Source of the DNA: Nitrospirota bacterium
GTDB taxonomy: Bacteria > Nitrospirota > UBA9217
Length of the DNA stretch: 64,000 bases
Direction: 5' to 3'
Assembly: GCA_035623825.1 (NCBI GenBank)
Contig: DASPSR010000022.1
Coordinates: 96,001-160,000, forward strand
The notes beneath the pieces were generated by a model. It searched no databases. It saw only the letters and a program-made list of their open reading frames with translations, and had not been told where the DNA came from. Of the stretch, positions 21,912-33,341 are shown piece by piece (position 1 is the first letter of the stretch; every line of letters begins with the position of its first letter). The position numbers were made by a program, and so were the translations under genes.

Positions 21912-24900
21912 TCACCCTGTCGCCGGTGTCACCTTTTTGAAGTACCGCAGTGCCTTCTTGAAGTCAGCGACGATGGCATAGGCCTGCAAGCTCCCGGTAT
22001 GCCTGAAGTGCGAGGCGACGAGCGTTTTCAGTTCCTCGATGTCTTCCTCTGCGTCCACCTTCTGGGCTTTCACATACGAGGCGTCAATCCTGGACCCGAG
22101 CCGGTCATGTCGGTCCAGAATATAGATCACGCCGCCGGTCATGCCGGCACCCACGTTCAATCCCACGTCGCCGAGCACCACGACGGTGCCCCTCGTCATG
22201 TATTCGCATAAGTGATGGCCCGTGCCCTCGATCACTGCCCGCGCCCCGCTGTTCCTTACGGCGAACCGCTCTCCAGCCATACCCGCGGCATAGAACTCTC
22301 CGCCTATGGCCCCGTAGAGCGCTGTGTTTCCCACGACGACTTGTTTGTGCAGCTCGTCGGCGATGTCCGGAGGGATGATAGCGATCCTTCCGCCATACAT
22401 GCCCTTGCCGGCATAATCGTTCGCATCGCCGAGGAGCGTAAGGGACAAACCACGGTGGTTGAATGCGCCGAAGCTCTGGCCCGCGGTGCCTCGAAAGGTG
22501 AGTTTCAGCGTATCATCAGGAAGGCCATGCTCGCCGTATTTTCTGGCGATGAAATAGTTCAGCTTCACCGGAACGCTTCGGTGGATGTTCCTGATAGCAT
22601 ACTGCACGGCTACAGGCTGCCCCTGCTCGATGGAGGGAAGCAGGTCCGCGATGATTTGGTCATTGACGGATGGAGCGGGATTGTCGTTCCGGTCGACAGT
22701 GCAGTGCCTCGGTCCTCCTTCGGGATACTTGCGGAGCAGCGGTGTTAGGTTCATCCTCCCGGAACCTGGAGCGACATTTGCCGGCTGAGCTACGAGCAGG
22801 TCCGTTCTGCCGATTATCTCGGTCAGGCTGCTGGCGCCCATTTCCGCCATTATCTCCCTGACCTCGCGCGCAAGCGCCTTGAAGTATGCTGAGATCCCCC
22901 CAACGGTACCCCGGAACCGCTTCCGAAGCTTTTCATCCTGAGTGGCGACACCGGTGGGACAGGTGTTAGTATGGCACTGGCGGGCCATGACGCAGCCCGC
23001 GGCAACCATAGTTGCCGTACCGAAGCCAAACTCTTCTGCGCCGAGCAGGGCGGCGATGATCACGTCCCTGCCGGTGCGCAAGCCGCCGTCCACTCGCACC
23101 CGGATGCGGTTTCGGAGCCCGTTCTCCATGAGCACGCGAACGGTCTCCGCAAGCCCGGTTTCCCAGTGGCCGCCGGTGTTCTTGATGGAAGTGACCGATG
23201 CCGCACCCGTGCCGCCTTCGCAGCCGCTGATCTGCACAATATCGGCGTAGGCCTTTGCCACGCCTGCCGCGACGGTGCCCACCCCGGTCTCGGATACGAG
23301 CTTGACGCAGACGTGCGCGTGCGGGTTCGCCTGTTTGAGGTCGTGGATGAGCTGAGCGAGATCCTCGATGGAATAGATGTCGTGGTGCGGCGGCGGGGAG
23401 ATGAGCAGCATGCCCGGCTTGCAATGGCGGAGCTTGGCAATGTAATCGGTGACCTTGTTCTCCGGGAGATGGCCCCCTTCACCCGGCTTAGCGCCTTGGG
23501 CGATCTTGATCTCGAGGTCCGTGGCTGATGCGATGTAGGTGGGCGTCACTCCGAACCTGCCGGACGCAATCTGCTTGATGGCGCTTCCTCTGATCGTGAA
23601 GTAGCGCGCCGGGTCCTCGCCTCCCTCTCCGCTGTTGCTCTTGATTCCGAGCCTGTTGCAGGCCTCGGCAATTGTCTCGTGCGCCTCGGGCGAGAGGGCG
23701 CCTACGGACATGGCGCCCGAGAAGAACCGCTTGAGGACGCTTTCTTCCGGCTCCACCTGTTCCAGAGGCAAGGGTCTCCCTTTCTTGTACCCGAGCAACT
23801 GTCTGATGGATGTTGGGTGCTCGTTGGCCTTGTGCGAGAATTCCCTATAGATTGAATAGTCGCCGTTCTTCATGAAGCTGTTCAGCGCCTGTACTGCCTG
23901 CGGCGACCACCCATGCCGTTCGCCGTCCTTCCGGTACTTGAGAGCGCCGCCGTAGCCGAGCGACGGCGTAGTGTCGTCGAACCCCGCGTCATGCCGCGCC
24001 AGGAGCGAGCGCTCGACCTCCGGCAGACCGTCGGCCTCGATCTGCGACGGAGTGCCGGGGAAGAAGGCGTCAATGAAGTCACGATTCAGACAGGCGCCGT
24101 CGAAGAGCTGCGCTCCATTGTAGGATGCGAGGGTCGAGATGCCCATGCGGGCCATCACTTTCAAGAGCCCGTCCTCGAGCGCCGTCAGGTAATTGCAACA
24201 GGCTTCCTGGAAGGGGCGTGCGATCACCCCGCGCTCACAAAGATCCCCCAAAGTCTGGAAAGCCAGCCAGGGAAAGACGGCCGCAGCGCCGTAGCCGATG
24301 AGACAGGCCATGTGATGCGCGTCGCGGGCTTCCCCTGTTTCGACGACGACGCTCACTCGATTGGCGAGTCCCCGTTGCAAGAGGGCCTTGAAGCACGCGG
24401 AGACCGCGAGCAGGGAGGGGATGGACGCACGGTCATGCGACAGTTTCCGGTCAGACAGAATGAGGATCTCCGCGCCCGAGATGACGAGGTCAACAACGCG
24501 CTCTTGCAGCCTGGAAATGGCGCGTGACAGAGTTGAGCCTGCCCGCGCATAGGTTATCGGGACGTTAGCGTCCCTGATGCTCCTCTGCCCTCTTATCGCC
24601 TGGAACTGCGCGTAAGAGAGGATGGGAGAATCGATACCGAGCCGACGCGCGTGCTCCGGTGTCTGGTTCAGAAAGTTCCGCTTGTATCCGAGGTTCATCC
24701 GCAGGGACATGACCATGCGCTCCCTGATGGGATCGATGGGAGGGTTGGTGACCTGCGAGAAACGCTGCTTGAAGTAGCGGAATAACAATGGCGGCTGTTC
24801 TAATAGCGGGGGCAGGGGCGTGTCATCGCCCATCGAAAAGATGAGCTCTTTCGCGGTGTCTGCCATCTCTCGTAGCTGCATCTGGATCTCTTCCTGAGAG

Positions 24901-26240
24901 TACCCGAAGGCGATCTGTTTGCTCGTGATGTCGCCGTCAATCTGCTGAGACGGGACCGGGCCGCATTCGAGCTTCACGTGGTGTTTCCCCAGCCACTCCT
25001 GGTAGGGATACCGCGAAGCGAGGTCTTCCACGATTTCTCGTGTGAACCTGACCGCGGAGGTCCGCAGGTCCACGGAAAGGATCTCCCCGGGGCCGAGCCT
25101 GCCTTTTACCTGGATCGGCCTGTCGCTGAGGTCGACCATGCCAATCTCGGAGCCGAGGACCAATAGTCCGTCCCTCGTGATACTGTATCTGAGCGGCCTT
25201 AACCCGTTCCGGTCCAGGTGCGCGCCGATAGTCTCGCCGTCCGTAAAAGCGACGGCTGCCGGCCCGTCCCAGGGCCGCATGAGCAGAGACTGATATTCAA
25301 AGAACGCTTTTTCCTGAGGGCTCAGGTCGGATTGTTCCCAGGCCGGGGGGATGCAGAGCATGATTGCGTGCTCCGGTGAATAGCCCGAGAGGATGAGCAA
25401 CTCGATGATCCGGTCGAGCGAAGCCGAGTCGCTCTCGTCTCGGGAGACGAGCGGGCGGAGAAAGTCGGCCTGCGCACCGAATACCTCGTGTTGGATCTCG
25501 TGCTCGAGCGCGGTCATCGCGTTCCGGTTCCCCTGGAGGGTGTTGATTTCTCCGTTGTGTGCCAGCACGCGGAAAGGCTGCGCCAAGGGCCAGTCAGGCG
25601 ACGTGTTGGTCGAGAACCGCTGGTGGAACATGCAGAATGCGGATTCGAAGGCCCTATCCCTGAGATCGGGATAGAATTCGTCAAGGTGGGGGGCGACGAT
25701 CATGCCCTTGTAGGCCATGGTCTTCGACGAAAGGGAACAGACATATGCGCTTCTGTCATAGGTCTTCTCCACGGCCCGGCGAGCGAGATAGAGCATGGCC
25801 TCTTTTTCTGCGCTCGGGATGCCGGAAGCATCGATAAGCAGCTGCCGGATCCTCGGCCTGGACAGCAATGCCGATCTGCCGAGCGCGTCGTAGTTGACCG
25901 GCACATCCCTCCAGCCGATGGGCTTGAGGTTGAACCGCAGCAGGATGCTCTCAACGCCTGATTCCACTTCCCCGAAAAGAAAGAAGAATCCAGCCGCGAG
26001 GTCATCAGTACCCGCGGCGGGGAAGCCGAGCCTCGTCATTTCCTCTTGGAGAAATCTCCGCGGGAGCTGGACCAGTATACCTGCTCCATCACCCGTTTTT
26101 CCGTCAGCACCCACGGCGCCACGGTGGGTCAGGTTCTTGACGGCTTCGATCCCCATTGACACGATCGAGTGGCTCTTCGCGCCGTTCACGTTACAGACGA
26201 ACCCCACGCCACAGGAAGCTGAAGAATCGGAGCTCGGCAT
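21912..26240 (-). CDS. gltB: Glutamate synthase large subunit
   Basis: CGVGF, HRGA, HQRFSTNT, NSGEGGED, QGAKPGEGG, CH.NTCPTGV. Confidence 0.97.
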   Translation of the reverse strand: MPSSDSSASCGVGFVCNVNGAKSHSIVSMGIEAVKNLTHRGAVGADGKTGDGAGILVQLPRRFLQEEMTRLGFPAAGTDDLAAGFFFLFGEVESGVESILLRFNLKPIGWRDVPVNYDALGRSALLSRPRIRQLLIDASGIPSAEKEAMLYLARRAVEKTYDRSAYVCSLSSKTMAYKGMIVAPHLDEFYPDLRDRAFESAFCMFHQRFSTNTSPDWPLAQPFRVLAHNGEINTLQGNRNAMTALEHEIQHEVFGAQADFLRPLVSRDESDSASLDRIIELLILSGYSPEHAIMLCIPPAWEQSDLSPQEKAFFEYQSLLMRPWDGPAAVAFTDGETIGAHLDRNGLRPLRYSITRDGLLVLGSEIGMVDLSDRPIQVKGRLGPGEILSVDLRTSAVRFTREIVEDLASRYPYQEWLGKHHVKLECGPVPSQQIDGDITSKQIAFGYSQEEIQMQLREMADTAKELIFSMGDDTPLPPLLEQPPLLFRYFKQRFSQVTNPPIDPIRERMVMSLRMNLGYKRNFLNQTPEHARRLGIDSPILSYAQFQAIRGQRSIRDANVPITYARAGSTLSRAISRLQERVVDLVISGAEILILSDRKLSHDRASIPSLLAVSACFKALLQRGLANRVSVVVETGEARDAHHMACLIGYGAAAVFPWLAFQTLGDLCERGVIARPFQEACCNYLTALEDGLLKVMARMGISTLASYNGAQLFDGACLNRDFIDAFFPGTPSQIEADGLPEVERSLLARHDAGFDDTTPSLGYGGALKYRKDGERHGWSPQAVQALNSFMKNGDYSIYREFSHKANEHPTSIRQLLGYKKGRPLPLEQVEPEESVLKRFFSGAMSVGALSPEAHETIAEACNRLGIKSNSGEGGEDPARYFTIRGSAIKQIASGRFGVTPTYIASATDLEIKIAQGAKPGEGGHLPENKVTDYIAKLRHCKPGMLLISPPPHHDIYSIEDLAQLIHDLKQANPHAHVCVKLVSETGVGTVAAGVAKAYADIVQISGCEGGTGAASVTSIKNTGGHWETGLAETVRVLMENGLRNRIRVRVDGGLRTGRDVIIAALLGAEEFGFGTATMVAAGCVMARQCHTNTCPTGVATQDEKLRKRFRGTVGGISAYFKALAREVREIMAEMGASSLTEIIGRTDLLVAQPANVAPGSGRMNLTPLLRKYPEGGPRHCTVDRNDNPAPSVNDQIIADLLPSIEQGQPVAVQYAIRNIHRSVPVKLNYFIARKYGEHGLPDDTLKLTFRGTAGQSFGAFNHRGLSLTLLGDANDYAGKGMYGGRIAIIPPDIADELHKQVVVGNTALYGAIGGEFYAAGMAGERFAVRNSGARAVIEGTGHHLCEYMTRGTVVVLGDVGLNVGAGMTGGVIYILDRHDRLGSRIDASYVKAQKVDAEEDIEELKTLVASHFRHTGSLQAYAIVADFKKALRYFKKVTPATG

Positions 26241-26414
26241 CGTCACCTCGTGTGCATCGAAAAAAAGCACGAACAGGAACGCGTGGGATCATTTCGGCTG
26301 CAGCTTTACGCAGGCAATCGCAGACCGAAGATCAAGAGACTTCATAATTCGAAGTTCGATCTCCCGATCCCGCCGTTCTGCATTCAACGGTGTCCCTTGC
26401 GTGAGATTTTCTTG

Positions 26415-27335
26415 TCAGAACTCGAACAGGCGCTTGTTGATATCGATCGCCGCGACAGCACCTTCACCTGCCGCTATCACGACTTGATCGTTCCCCGTGT
26501 TGAGCGGGCCGACGATGTATAGGCCATTCACCGATGATTCGTAGGCGCTGTTCACGACATACTTGAATCCTTTCGCGTCACGCTTCAGATTGAGCTCCTT
26601 CAGGAACTTATTGTTCAGCTTGTACCCGAAGTTTGACATGACGGCCTCGCAAGGGACGCGAATGCCATTCTTGAGCTCCACAGCCTCAAGACGCTCATTG
26701 CCGATGATCTTCGTCGGTTCGCCCTTGATGAGGCGGATTCCTTCATGCCGCAGCTCCTCCTTATAGTCCTCGGGTGGATCGTAGAAATAGAGAATGAGCG
26801 TTACATCGTCGGTGTACATTGCCTTCATGGCGAAAGCCAGCCGGACGGATTCTATGGTATTTCCGATGATTACCAGTTTTCTGCCTGTGGTCTTGTATCC
26901 GTCGCAGTCGACGCACGTGAAGAAGGATATGCCGAGGAATTTATGAAAGTTCTCGAGCGGGGGGAAATTATCCTGCACGCCTGATGAGACGATCAAGAAT
27001 CTAGAGCGAAAGCGGATGTCATCTGCATGGACCCCGAAATGCTCTCCCTTCACCACTGAGGTCACAAGCCCTTTAACCACGTGGACATTAAAACGATTCG
27101 CCTGCTCGAGGCCGAGCTCGATGATCTCCCTTCCGGAAATGGCCTTCTGCGTCAGAAAGTTTTCAATCGATTTCGCATGCGCAGTCCTCCCCCCGCCGCG
27201 ATCGATGATCAGGACATCCCTGTTGAACCGTCCGAGGTAGATGGCGGCTTGGAGACCGCCGGGCCCGGCGCCGATGATAATGCAGTCGTACAGACGGTCG
27301 GTGTCCTGATTCAGTTCTGGATCATTGCTCCTCAT
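26415..27335 (-). CDS. Thioredoxin reductase-like FAD/NAD(P) oxidoreductase
   Basis: GAGPGG, CVDCDGY, AAGEGAVAA. Confidence 0.88.
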   Translation of the reverse strand: MRSNDPELNQDTDRLYDCIIIGAGPGGLQAAIYLGRFNRDVLIIDRGGGRTAHAKSIENFLTQKAISGREIIELGLEQANRFNVHVVKGLVTSVVKGEHFGVHADDIRFRSRFLIVSSGVQDNFPPLENFHKFLGISFFTCVDCDGYKTTGRKLVIIGNTIESVRLAFAMKAMYTDDVTLILYFYDPPEDYKEELRHEGIRLIKGEPTKIIGNERLEAVELKNGIRVPCEAVMSNFGYKLNNKFLKELNLKRDAKGFKYVVNSAYESSVNGLYIVGPLNTGNDQVVIAAGEGAVAAIDINKRLFEF

Positions 27336-27387
27336 AGGGTGATGGTCCCGGCCTGAAGTTCAGTGTGCTGGTCTGAAACGGCAGATG

Positions 27388-28071
27388 TCATTTTATCGCG
27401 GGAGATCCGTGTTTGCTCTTTATCTCCTCTCCCCCCGGGGCTAAAAAAATGACTATCCGTTTTTCAAACTCGTTAATTGTCGTAAAGTGAAGCGTTCTGA
27501 GACCTTCGCTCTCAGCCCGTTTGATGTGGCCGATGTTATCATCCACAAAGAGCGCTTCATCGGTCCGGACGCCCAGAACGCGGCAGACATTCCGGAAAAT
27601 CGATCTATCCCGCTTGCTTTCATGGAGTCTAAACGAGTTAAAGACTATGTCGAAATGCCCAAACAGGAGCGTCTTGCGGTCGATCTCCTCAAGCCAGTTC
27701 GTCTGGTCGCTCAGCATGGCGACCTTCAGCCCCGCTGCTCTCAAGCGGTCTGCGTGCGCTAGCATAACAGGCCTAAGTGCAAACCTCGCCAGGATCTCCT
27801 CTCGGAGCGCCTTGTCGCTCCCGGTTATCCCGGTCTTCTTTCTGACCGTATCCCAGAAGGTTGCTTCATCGGTCACGCCGGTAAGATATCCTGTGTCGTA
27901 GATGAGTCTATCGACTTCGGAGAAAAAACGCTCCGGGTCCAGGCTGTTTCTCTTCCCGATGGCCGTGAGCCCTTCCCGGAAGCCCTCTTCAGCAATCACC
28001 CCGCCGAAATCAAAGAGTACAGCTTTTATCTCGTCAGCCATATACGGGACAATGGCCCTTTCCGCCATCAC
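27388..28071 (-). CDS. HAD-family hydrolase
   Basis: LFDFGGV, LSDQ, FVDD; start uncertain. Confidence 0.85.
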   Translation of the reverse strand: MMAERAIVPYMADEIKAVLFDFGGVIAEEGFREGLTAIGKRNSLDPERFFSEVDRLIYDTGYLTGVTDEATFWDTVRKKTGITGSDKALREEILARFALRPVMLAHADRLRAAGLKVAMLSDQTNWLEEIDRKTLLFGHFDIVFNSFRLHESKRDRSIFRNVCRVLGVRTDEALFVDDNIGHIKRAESEGLRTLHFTTINEFEKRIVIFLAPGGEEIKSKHGSPAIK

Positions 28072-28519
28072 TGGCTATTATAATAATTCTCATTATACCT
28101 GATTCCGCGTTTCTGTACATGCTGAGGGCGATTTTATTCAAATAACCCGATTTAATACGGCCTGGACTCAAATTGCTGAACTCGAATAACTTGTCAAATA
28201 ACTTCTTGTTTTTAAAAAAAAGTGGTGATATCTTATGACACAGCACATGACCGAAAGGACCCATGGTCATCTGGTTTTCGGGCGGTGGTCGATAGACTCG
28301 AGCAGGACAAAGCTACTGTCCCTAAAACTGTCCAGGGGCCATCGTGAGACGGAGGTCAGGCCTCGATTTCCTGAATGCGGTCTTCCACATCATCATTCGG
28401 GCCATCGAAACAAAGACCACAAGACGGCCTATGAACGAAGCGTGATCGCCAGGCTCGTGCACCGCGAACAAGGATTTTGTCATGAGGAAACGGACGAGAT
28501 CTGGACAGGAGCAGAAATA

Positions 28520-30676
28520 ATGACCGAGGAAGCAAAAAAACTAAATGAGCATCTAAGCGGGGAGATTACCGAACGTGAACAGATGGAAGAAGCCTTGCGC
28601 GAGAGCGAAGCTCAGTATAGGGCGCTGTTCGAAGGCTCGCCAGACGCCGTCTTTCTTGCCGACCCAGAAACGGGTATCATCCTTGATGCAAATCAGGCAG
28701 CGTGCAGGCTCCTCGCTCGGCCATATGAAAGGATCATCGGCCTCCATCAATCCGATATCCATCCTCCAGACAAGAAATCATACTCCCAAGAGACGTTTAA
28801 CCAGTATGTCGAAGGAGCGATGGAACAAAAGGGACTGCATCCTATCGAAATAGACGTTCTCCGGCCGGATGGCTCGGTAGTGCCCGTAGAGGTCCTGGCG
28901 CAGCTGGTCACCATCAGAGGGAAAAAGATACTTCAGGGGGTATTCCGGGATATCACAGAACGGAAAATGACCGAGCAAAAGCTCGAGGAAAGCATTGTGC
29001 GGTTCCGCCGGTTGTCCGAAGCCGGCTTCGAGGGTATTGTTATCAGTGAACAGGGAGTTCTTGTTGATGCAAATACAAGAATGGCCGAGATATTAGGATG
29101 CTCAATCCCGGATCTGCTAGGCAGGAAGCTCTCCGATTTCGTCGCGCCGGAGTCTATGGATTCCATGCTGGAACATTTCCGGTCAGGGTCTGAAGAACGC
29201 TATGAGCTATTTGCCAGGAGAAAAGACGGTTCTATATTCCCGATTGAGGCACAAGACAAAGCCTTGCCGTATGCAGGAAGAATGCTGCGAATAACCGCTA
29301 TCCGGGATGTCACCGAGCGCAAGGAGGCAGAGGAACGGATCCGCTACCTGGCTTATTATGACAGCCTGACGGGACTTCCGAACCGCACGTTTTACAAAGA
29401 GCTTGTCAGCCGGGCCCTCCTCCTGGCAAAGCGCCACCGCTGGACCATAGCCGTCCTCTTCATCGACCTCGATGATTTCAAGCGGATCAATGATACCCTT
29501 GGTCATAATATAGGCGATCAGTTGCTGCGTACCGTCGGGGACATCGTGAAGACTTGCATTCGCAAGAGCGACTTCATCACTCGTTCGGAAACGGACGAAC
29601 TGGAGAATGTCGTGGCACGTCTTGGCGGGGATGAGTTCATCGTGCTTCTCAATGAGATCGCTCACAGCCAGGATGCATCCAGGGTAGCCATGCGTATCCT
29701 CAAGGAACTTGCCAGGCCCTTTAACCTGGCAGGCCATGAAGTGCTCGTCACCGCCAGCATCGGCATCGCCCTCTATCCCCTCGATGGCAGCGATGCAGAG
29801 ACCCTTTTCAAAAATGCCGATGTGGCCATGTATCATGCAAAGAATCAAGGGCGGAACAATTACCAGTTTTATACGAAATCCATGAATGCCATGTCCCTCC
29901 AGCGCTTGGATCTCGAAAACGACCTCCGAAAGGCACTGGATCGCGGCGAGTTTCTGCTCTACTATAAACCGACTGTGGACGCCCAGACCCGGAAGATCAT
30001 CGGCGCGGAAGCCCTCATACGCTGGAAGCATCCGAACAGGGGGATAATCTTGCCAGACGAGTTCATACCGCTGGCCGAAGAGACCGGACTTATAGTCCCG
30101 ATCGGCGAGTGGGTGCTGCGCACCGCCTGTTCTCAGAACAGGGCGTGGCAGCATGCCGGGCACAAGCCCTTCCGGGTGGCAGTGAACCTGTCTGGCCGCC
30201 AATTTGACCAAGAGGATCTCATCGATGTTGTATTCAAGACCCTCAATGATACCGGACTCGACCCGCGGTACCTGGAACTGGAGATAACCGAAAGCACCAT
30301 CATGAAAAACCCCGAGAAGGCGGCTACAACGCTGCAGAAATTGAAACGTATGGGGATATGCCTGTCGATCGACGATTTCGGGACTGGATACTCTTCCCTG
30401 GGGAACCTGAGGAAATTTCCCCTTGACAACCTGAAGATCGACCGTTCCTTTGTGATGAACCTCACTGCCGACAGCGATGACGCGGCCATCACGACCGCAA
30501 TTATCGCAATGGCGCACAGTTTGAAATTGGGAGTCATTGCCGAAGGCGTTGAGTCGGAAGATCAGCAATCGTTCCTGCGTGAGCGGGCGTGCGATGCTGT
30601 CCAGGGCTTCCTCTTCAGCCGTCCCGTCCCCCCAGAGGAATTTATCAAACTCGTCAGTGAAAAAAATCATCTATGA
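28520..30676 (+). CDS. PAS-PAS-GGDEF-EAL diguanylate cyclase/phosphodiesterase
   Basis: RLGGDEF, EAL, DDFGTGYSS; start at 28520 with AGGAG RBS. Confidence 0.93.
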   Translation: MTEEAKKLNEHLSGEITEREQMEEALRESEAQYRALFEGSPDAVFLADPETGIILDANQAACRLLARPYERIIGLHQSDIHPPDKKSYSQETFNQYVEGAMEQKGLHPIEIDVLRPDGSVVPVEVLAQLVTIRGKKILQGVFRDITERKMTEQKLEESIVRFRRLSEAGFEGIVISEQGVLVDANTRMAEILGCSIPDLLGRKLSDFVAPESMDSMLEHFRSGSEERYELFARRKDGSIFPIEAQDKALPYAGRMLRITAIRDVTERKEAEERIRYLAYYDSLTGLPNRTFYKELVSRALLLAKRHRWTIAVLFIDLDDFKRINDTLGHNIGDQLLRTVGDIVKTCIRKSDFITRSETDELENVVARLGGDEFIVLLNEIAHSQDASRVAMRILKELARPFNLAGHEVLVTASIGIALYPLDGSDAETLFKNADVAMYHAKNQGRNNYQFYTKSMNAMSLQRLDLENDLRKALDRGEFLLYYKPTVDAQTRKIIGAEALIRWKHPNRGIILPDEFIPLAEETGLIVPIGEWVLRTACSQNRAWQHAGHKPFRVAVNLSGRQFDQEDLIDVVFKTLNDTGLDPRYLELEITESTIMKNPEKAATTLQKLKRMGICLSIDDFGTGYSSLGNLRKFPLDNLKIDRSFVMNLTADSDDAAITTAIIAMAHSLKLGVIAEGVESEDQQSFLRERACDAVQGFLFSRPVPPEEFIKLVSEKNHL

Positions 30677-31210
30677 GGGGAAACCCGCATGCAAACAGAG
30701 CGAAAAGCGATATTGCGCACGAATGTCCCTGACAGGGCCTGCAAAGGTTTCATGTCTATAATTACGAGTAAAGTTAAGCACAGGTGAAAACGGAGATTTT
30801 AAGGCCAATTAGACCTTGAAATAAAAGGAGAATTCTTTTATTTCAATGCTTTTTCATTACTTTATGTTTGCATGAGATAGCGTGATTCATGTTTTCTGTG
30901 GCCAACGGGCTTCAAAAAGGGGCATTAGTTCCGATAGTATGAAAGTTCAAGGCCGACAGATTCACAGAGGGTAATCCGGGTAGTCTTAAGTCTTGCTGTC
31001 AACCATCAAAGTTATGCTATAGTATTAGTTAGATGCAACTTCCGTGATGCTGCGTCTGGGTTGGGATTGGATTATTGATCACGGTACTATTTAATTGAGA
31101 AATTTTATTGCATTTTCCTTGATTCTGGTTCTGTTAATCATGAAGACAATCTTCGCTTCCTACCGGGAGAGCGGGGGAATGCCAAATTTCTCGTAAAGAG
31201 GTTCTTGTCC

Positions 31211-32290
31211 ATGGCCGAACAGGAAGATTCGCATCGTGCAACGCGCATACTCATCATCGTGGCAGCGCTCGCTATTATAACTGGAGGCATTCGCGAGGCG
31301 CAATCGGTCCTGGAATGGTTTCTCGTCGCTGTTTTTCTGGCTGCCATAGGCACGCCATCGGTCCTCTGGCTTGAGCAAAAAGGCATTCCTTATGTTGTCG
31401 CGGTATTTTTCGCTGTGGCGGGCATGGCGACTGTTATAGTGTTTATCGGATTACTCGTCGGAGCGTCGCTTAACAGTTTTTACAATGACCTTCCGTTTTA
31501 TCAGGCTCGGTTGCAGACTCATGTTTCTTCACTCCAAGCGTTCTTGGCAAGCAAGGGTATCACGTTCACAGACTCGTTTCTGGTCGATCAGGTCAAGCCG
31601 GAAGCGGTTAAGAGCCTGACCGCCAGCCTTCTCAGGGGGCTTGGTTCCGCGCTGTTCGAAATAGCCCTGATTCTGCTCACCGTAACCTTCATATTCCTGG
31701 AAGCCTCAAGCTTTCCCGTCAAACTCCGGGCCATTCTCGGTGACCCTCAAAAGGACTTTCACCCGTTTATGAGGTTCGTGTATGATATCAACCGCTATAT
31801 GGTCATTAAAACGGCGATTAGCCTGACGGTGGGCGCCCTGATCGGGATATGGCTTTCTGTTCTTGGCGTGGATTTCGCGATCCTCTGGGGTTTTTTGGCA
31901 TTCCTGCTCCACTATGTGCCCAATATCGGCGCCCTTATCTCAGCCGTTCCAGCGGTTTTTCTCGCCCTCATCCAGCTCGGGATCGGCCGCGCAGCACTCG
32001 CGGCTGCCGGGTACATAACTGTTGATTTCGTACTTGGCAATGTGATTGAGCCTAGGCTCATGGGACGGAGGCTTGGCCTATCCACGCTGGTTGTAATTCT
32101 CTCGTTGTTTTTTTGGGGAGGCCTGCTCAATCTTATCGGGGTGGTTCTGTGCATACCCTTGACCATGACCGTGAAGTTTGCATGCGAGAATAACAAAAGC
32201 ACCCGCTGGATCGCGGTATTGCTCGGTCCCGAGATGACCCCTGCGCAAGTTTCACCGGCTTCCAAGAAGGGGACCGATAAGGCGGCATGA
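31211..32290 (+). CDS. AI-2E family transporter
   Basis: Multi-TM, YM.IKT.IS, P.IG, IEPRLMG..LGLS. Confidence 0.88.
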   Translation: MAEQEDSHRATRILIIVAALAIITGGIREAQSVLEWFLVAVFLAAIGTPSVLWLEQKGIPYVVAVFFAVAGMATVIVFIGLLVGASLNSFYNDLPFYQARLQTHVSSLQAFLASKGITFTDSFLVDQVKPEAVKSLTASLLRGLGSALFEIALILLTVTFIFLEASSFPVKLRAILGDPQKDFHPFMRFVYDINRYMVIKTAISLTVGALIGIWLSVLGVDFAILWGFLAFLLHYVPNIGALISAVPAVFLALIQLGIGRAALAAAGYITVDFVLGNVIEPRLMGRRLGLSTLVVILSLFFWGGLLNLIGVVLCIPLTMTVKFACENNKSTRWIAVLLGPEMTPAQVSPASKKGTDKAA

Positions 32291-32471
32291 CATAAATCAA
32301 GAAGGCTCGGCAGAAAGGAGCGCCATGTTGATGCATCGGTGCGCCGTGCATAGCAGGCTATGGGTCACGGCGAATTGCATGACCTAGATCCTTACGTTTT
32401 GCCCGCTATTCCGCATTTCATAGAAGGCCAGCGGCAATCAGTACATTCCCGTACGATAGAGGTATGATGAT

Positions 32472-33341
32472 ATGAGCATATTGAAGATATTTGTTCTTGC
32501 AATCGTTCAAGGCGCCGCCGAACTGCTGCCCGTTTCGAGTTCCGCACATGTTATTGTTGCGGAGAAATTAATGGGGCTTGATCCTACAAGCCCTGAAATG
32601 ACACTCCTCCTGGTGATGCTCCATACCGGCACAATGTTCGCGGTCATATTTTTCTTCTGGAGTTCCTGGAAACAAAATTTTTTCGCTTCGCAAAAGGTAT
32701 TTTTAAATTCAGCCAAATTCATTGTAGTGGCCACCTTATTCACGGCAATCACAGGCCTTTTGCTGAAATTACTCATCGAGAAGATCTTCATGAAGGGTGT
32801 CCCCCATGCGGAAATAGAGCTCCTGTTTGGGAATTTGGACCTAGTATCGATCTCGCTCGCATGCGCTGGCATTTTAATCATGATCGCCGGGTGGAAGACC
32901 CACCAACGCCCGGGCGCAAAGCCTGGTTTGGACACCAAAAGCTCAAGCTGGATCGGAATCGTGCAAGGTGTCTGCTTGCCGTTCCGCGGGTTCTCTCGTT
33001 CCGGAGCGACGATATCCACGGGACTTCTCTTGGGCATTGAAAAAGCGAGGGCTGAAGAATTCAGTTTCGCCCTCGCCGTCGTGCTTACCCCGCCCGTTAT
33101 CGCCAGAGAAATCTTGAGGCTGTTAAAGGCGCAGCATGTGAATACACTAACGTCAGCGAGTACGATGAGTCTCTTTTACCCCAGCCTGCTCGGCATGGTA
33201 TTGAGTTTCATCGCAGGTATTCTGGCCCTTCGTTGGCTTTCCAACTGGCTGGTCCGGGGGCGTTGGCATTTCTTCGGGATCTATTGCATAGTCGCAGCGC
33301 TTGCCGTTTTTCTGCTTAATGTGACCCTCTTCGTGGAGTAG
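32472..33341 (+). CDS. uppP: Undecaprenyl-diphosphate phosphatase
   Basis: QG.AELLPVSSSAH, GFSRSGATI, EFSF.LA. Confidence 0.9.
   Translation: MSILKIFVLAIVQGAAELLPVSSSAHVIVAEKLMGLDPTSPEMTLLLVMLHTGTMFAVIFFFWSSWKQNFFASQKVFLNSAKFIVVATLFTAITGLLLKLLIEKIFMKGVPHAEIELLFGNLDLVSISLACAGILIMIAGWKTHQRPGAKPGLDTKSSSWIGIVQGVCLPFRGFSRSGATISTGLLLGIEKARAEEFSFALAVVLTPPVIAREILRLLKAQHVNTLTSASTMSLFYPSLLGMVLSFIAGILALRWLSNWLVRGRWHFFGIYCIVAALAVFLLNVTLFVE

Noticed and set aside
28235-28519. N-terminal extension of the PAS-GGDEF-EAL protein
   Set aside because: Not protein-like; a good RBS and ATG at 28520 indicate the true start
30677-31210. AT-rich spacer as IS remnant or CRISPR leader
   Set aside because: No transposase fragment, paired terminal repeats or repeat-spacer array seen; only one hairpin
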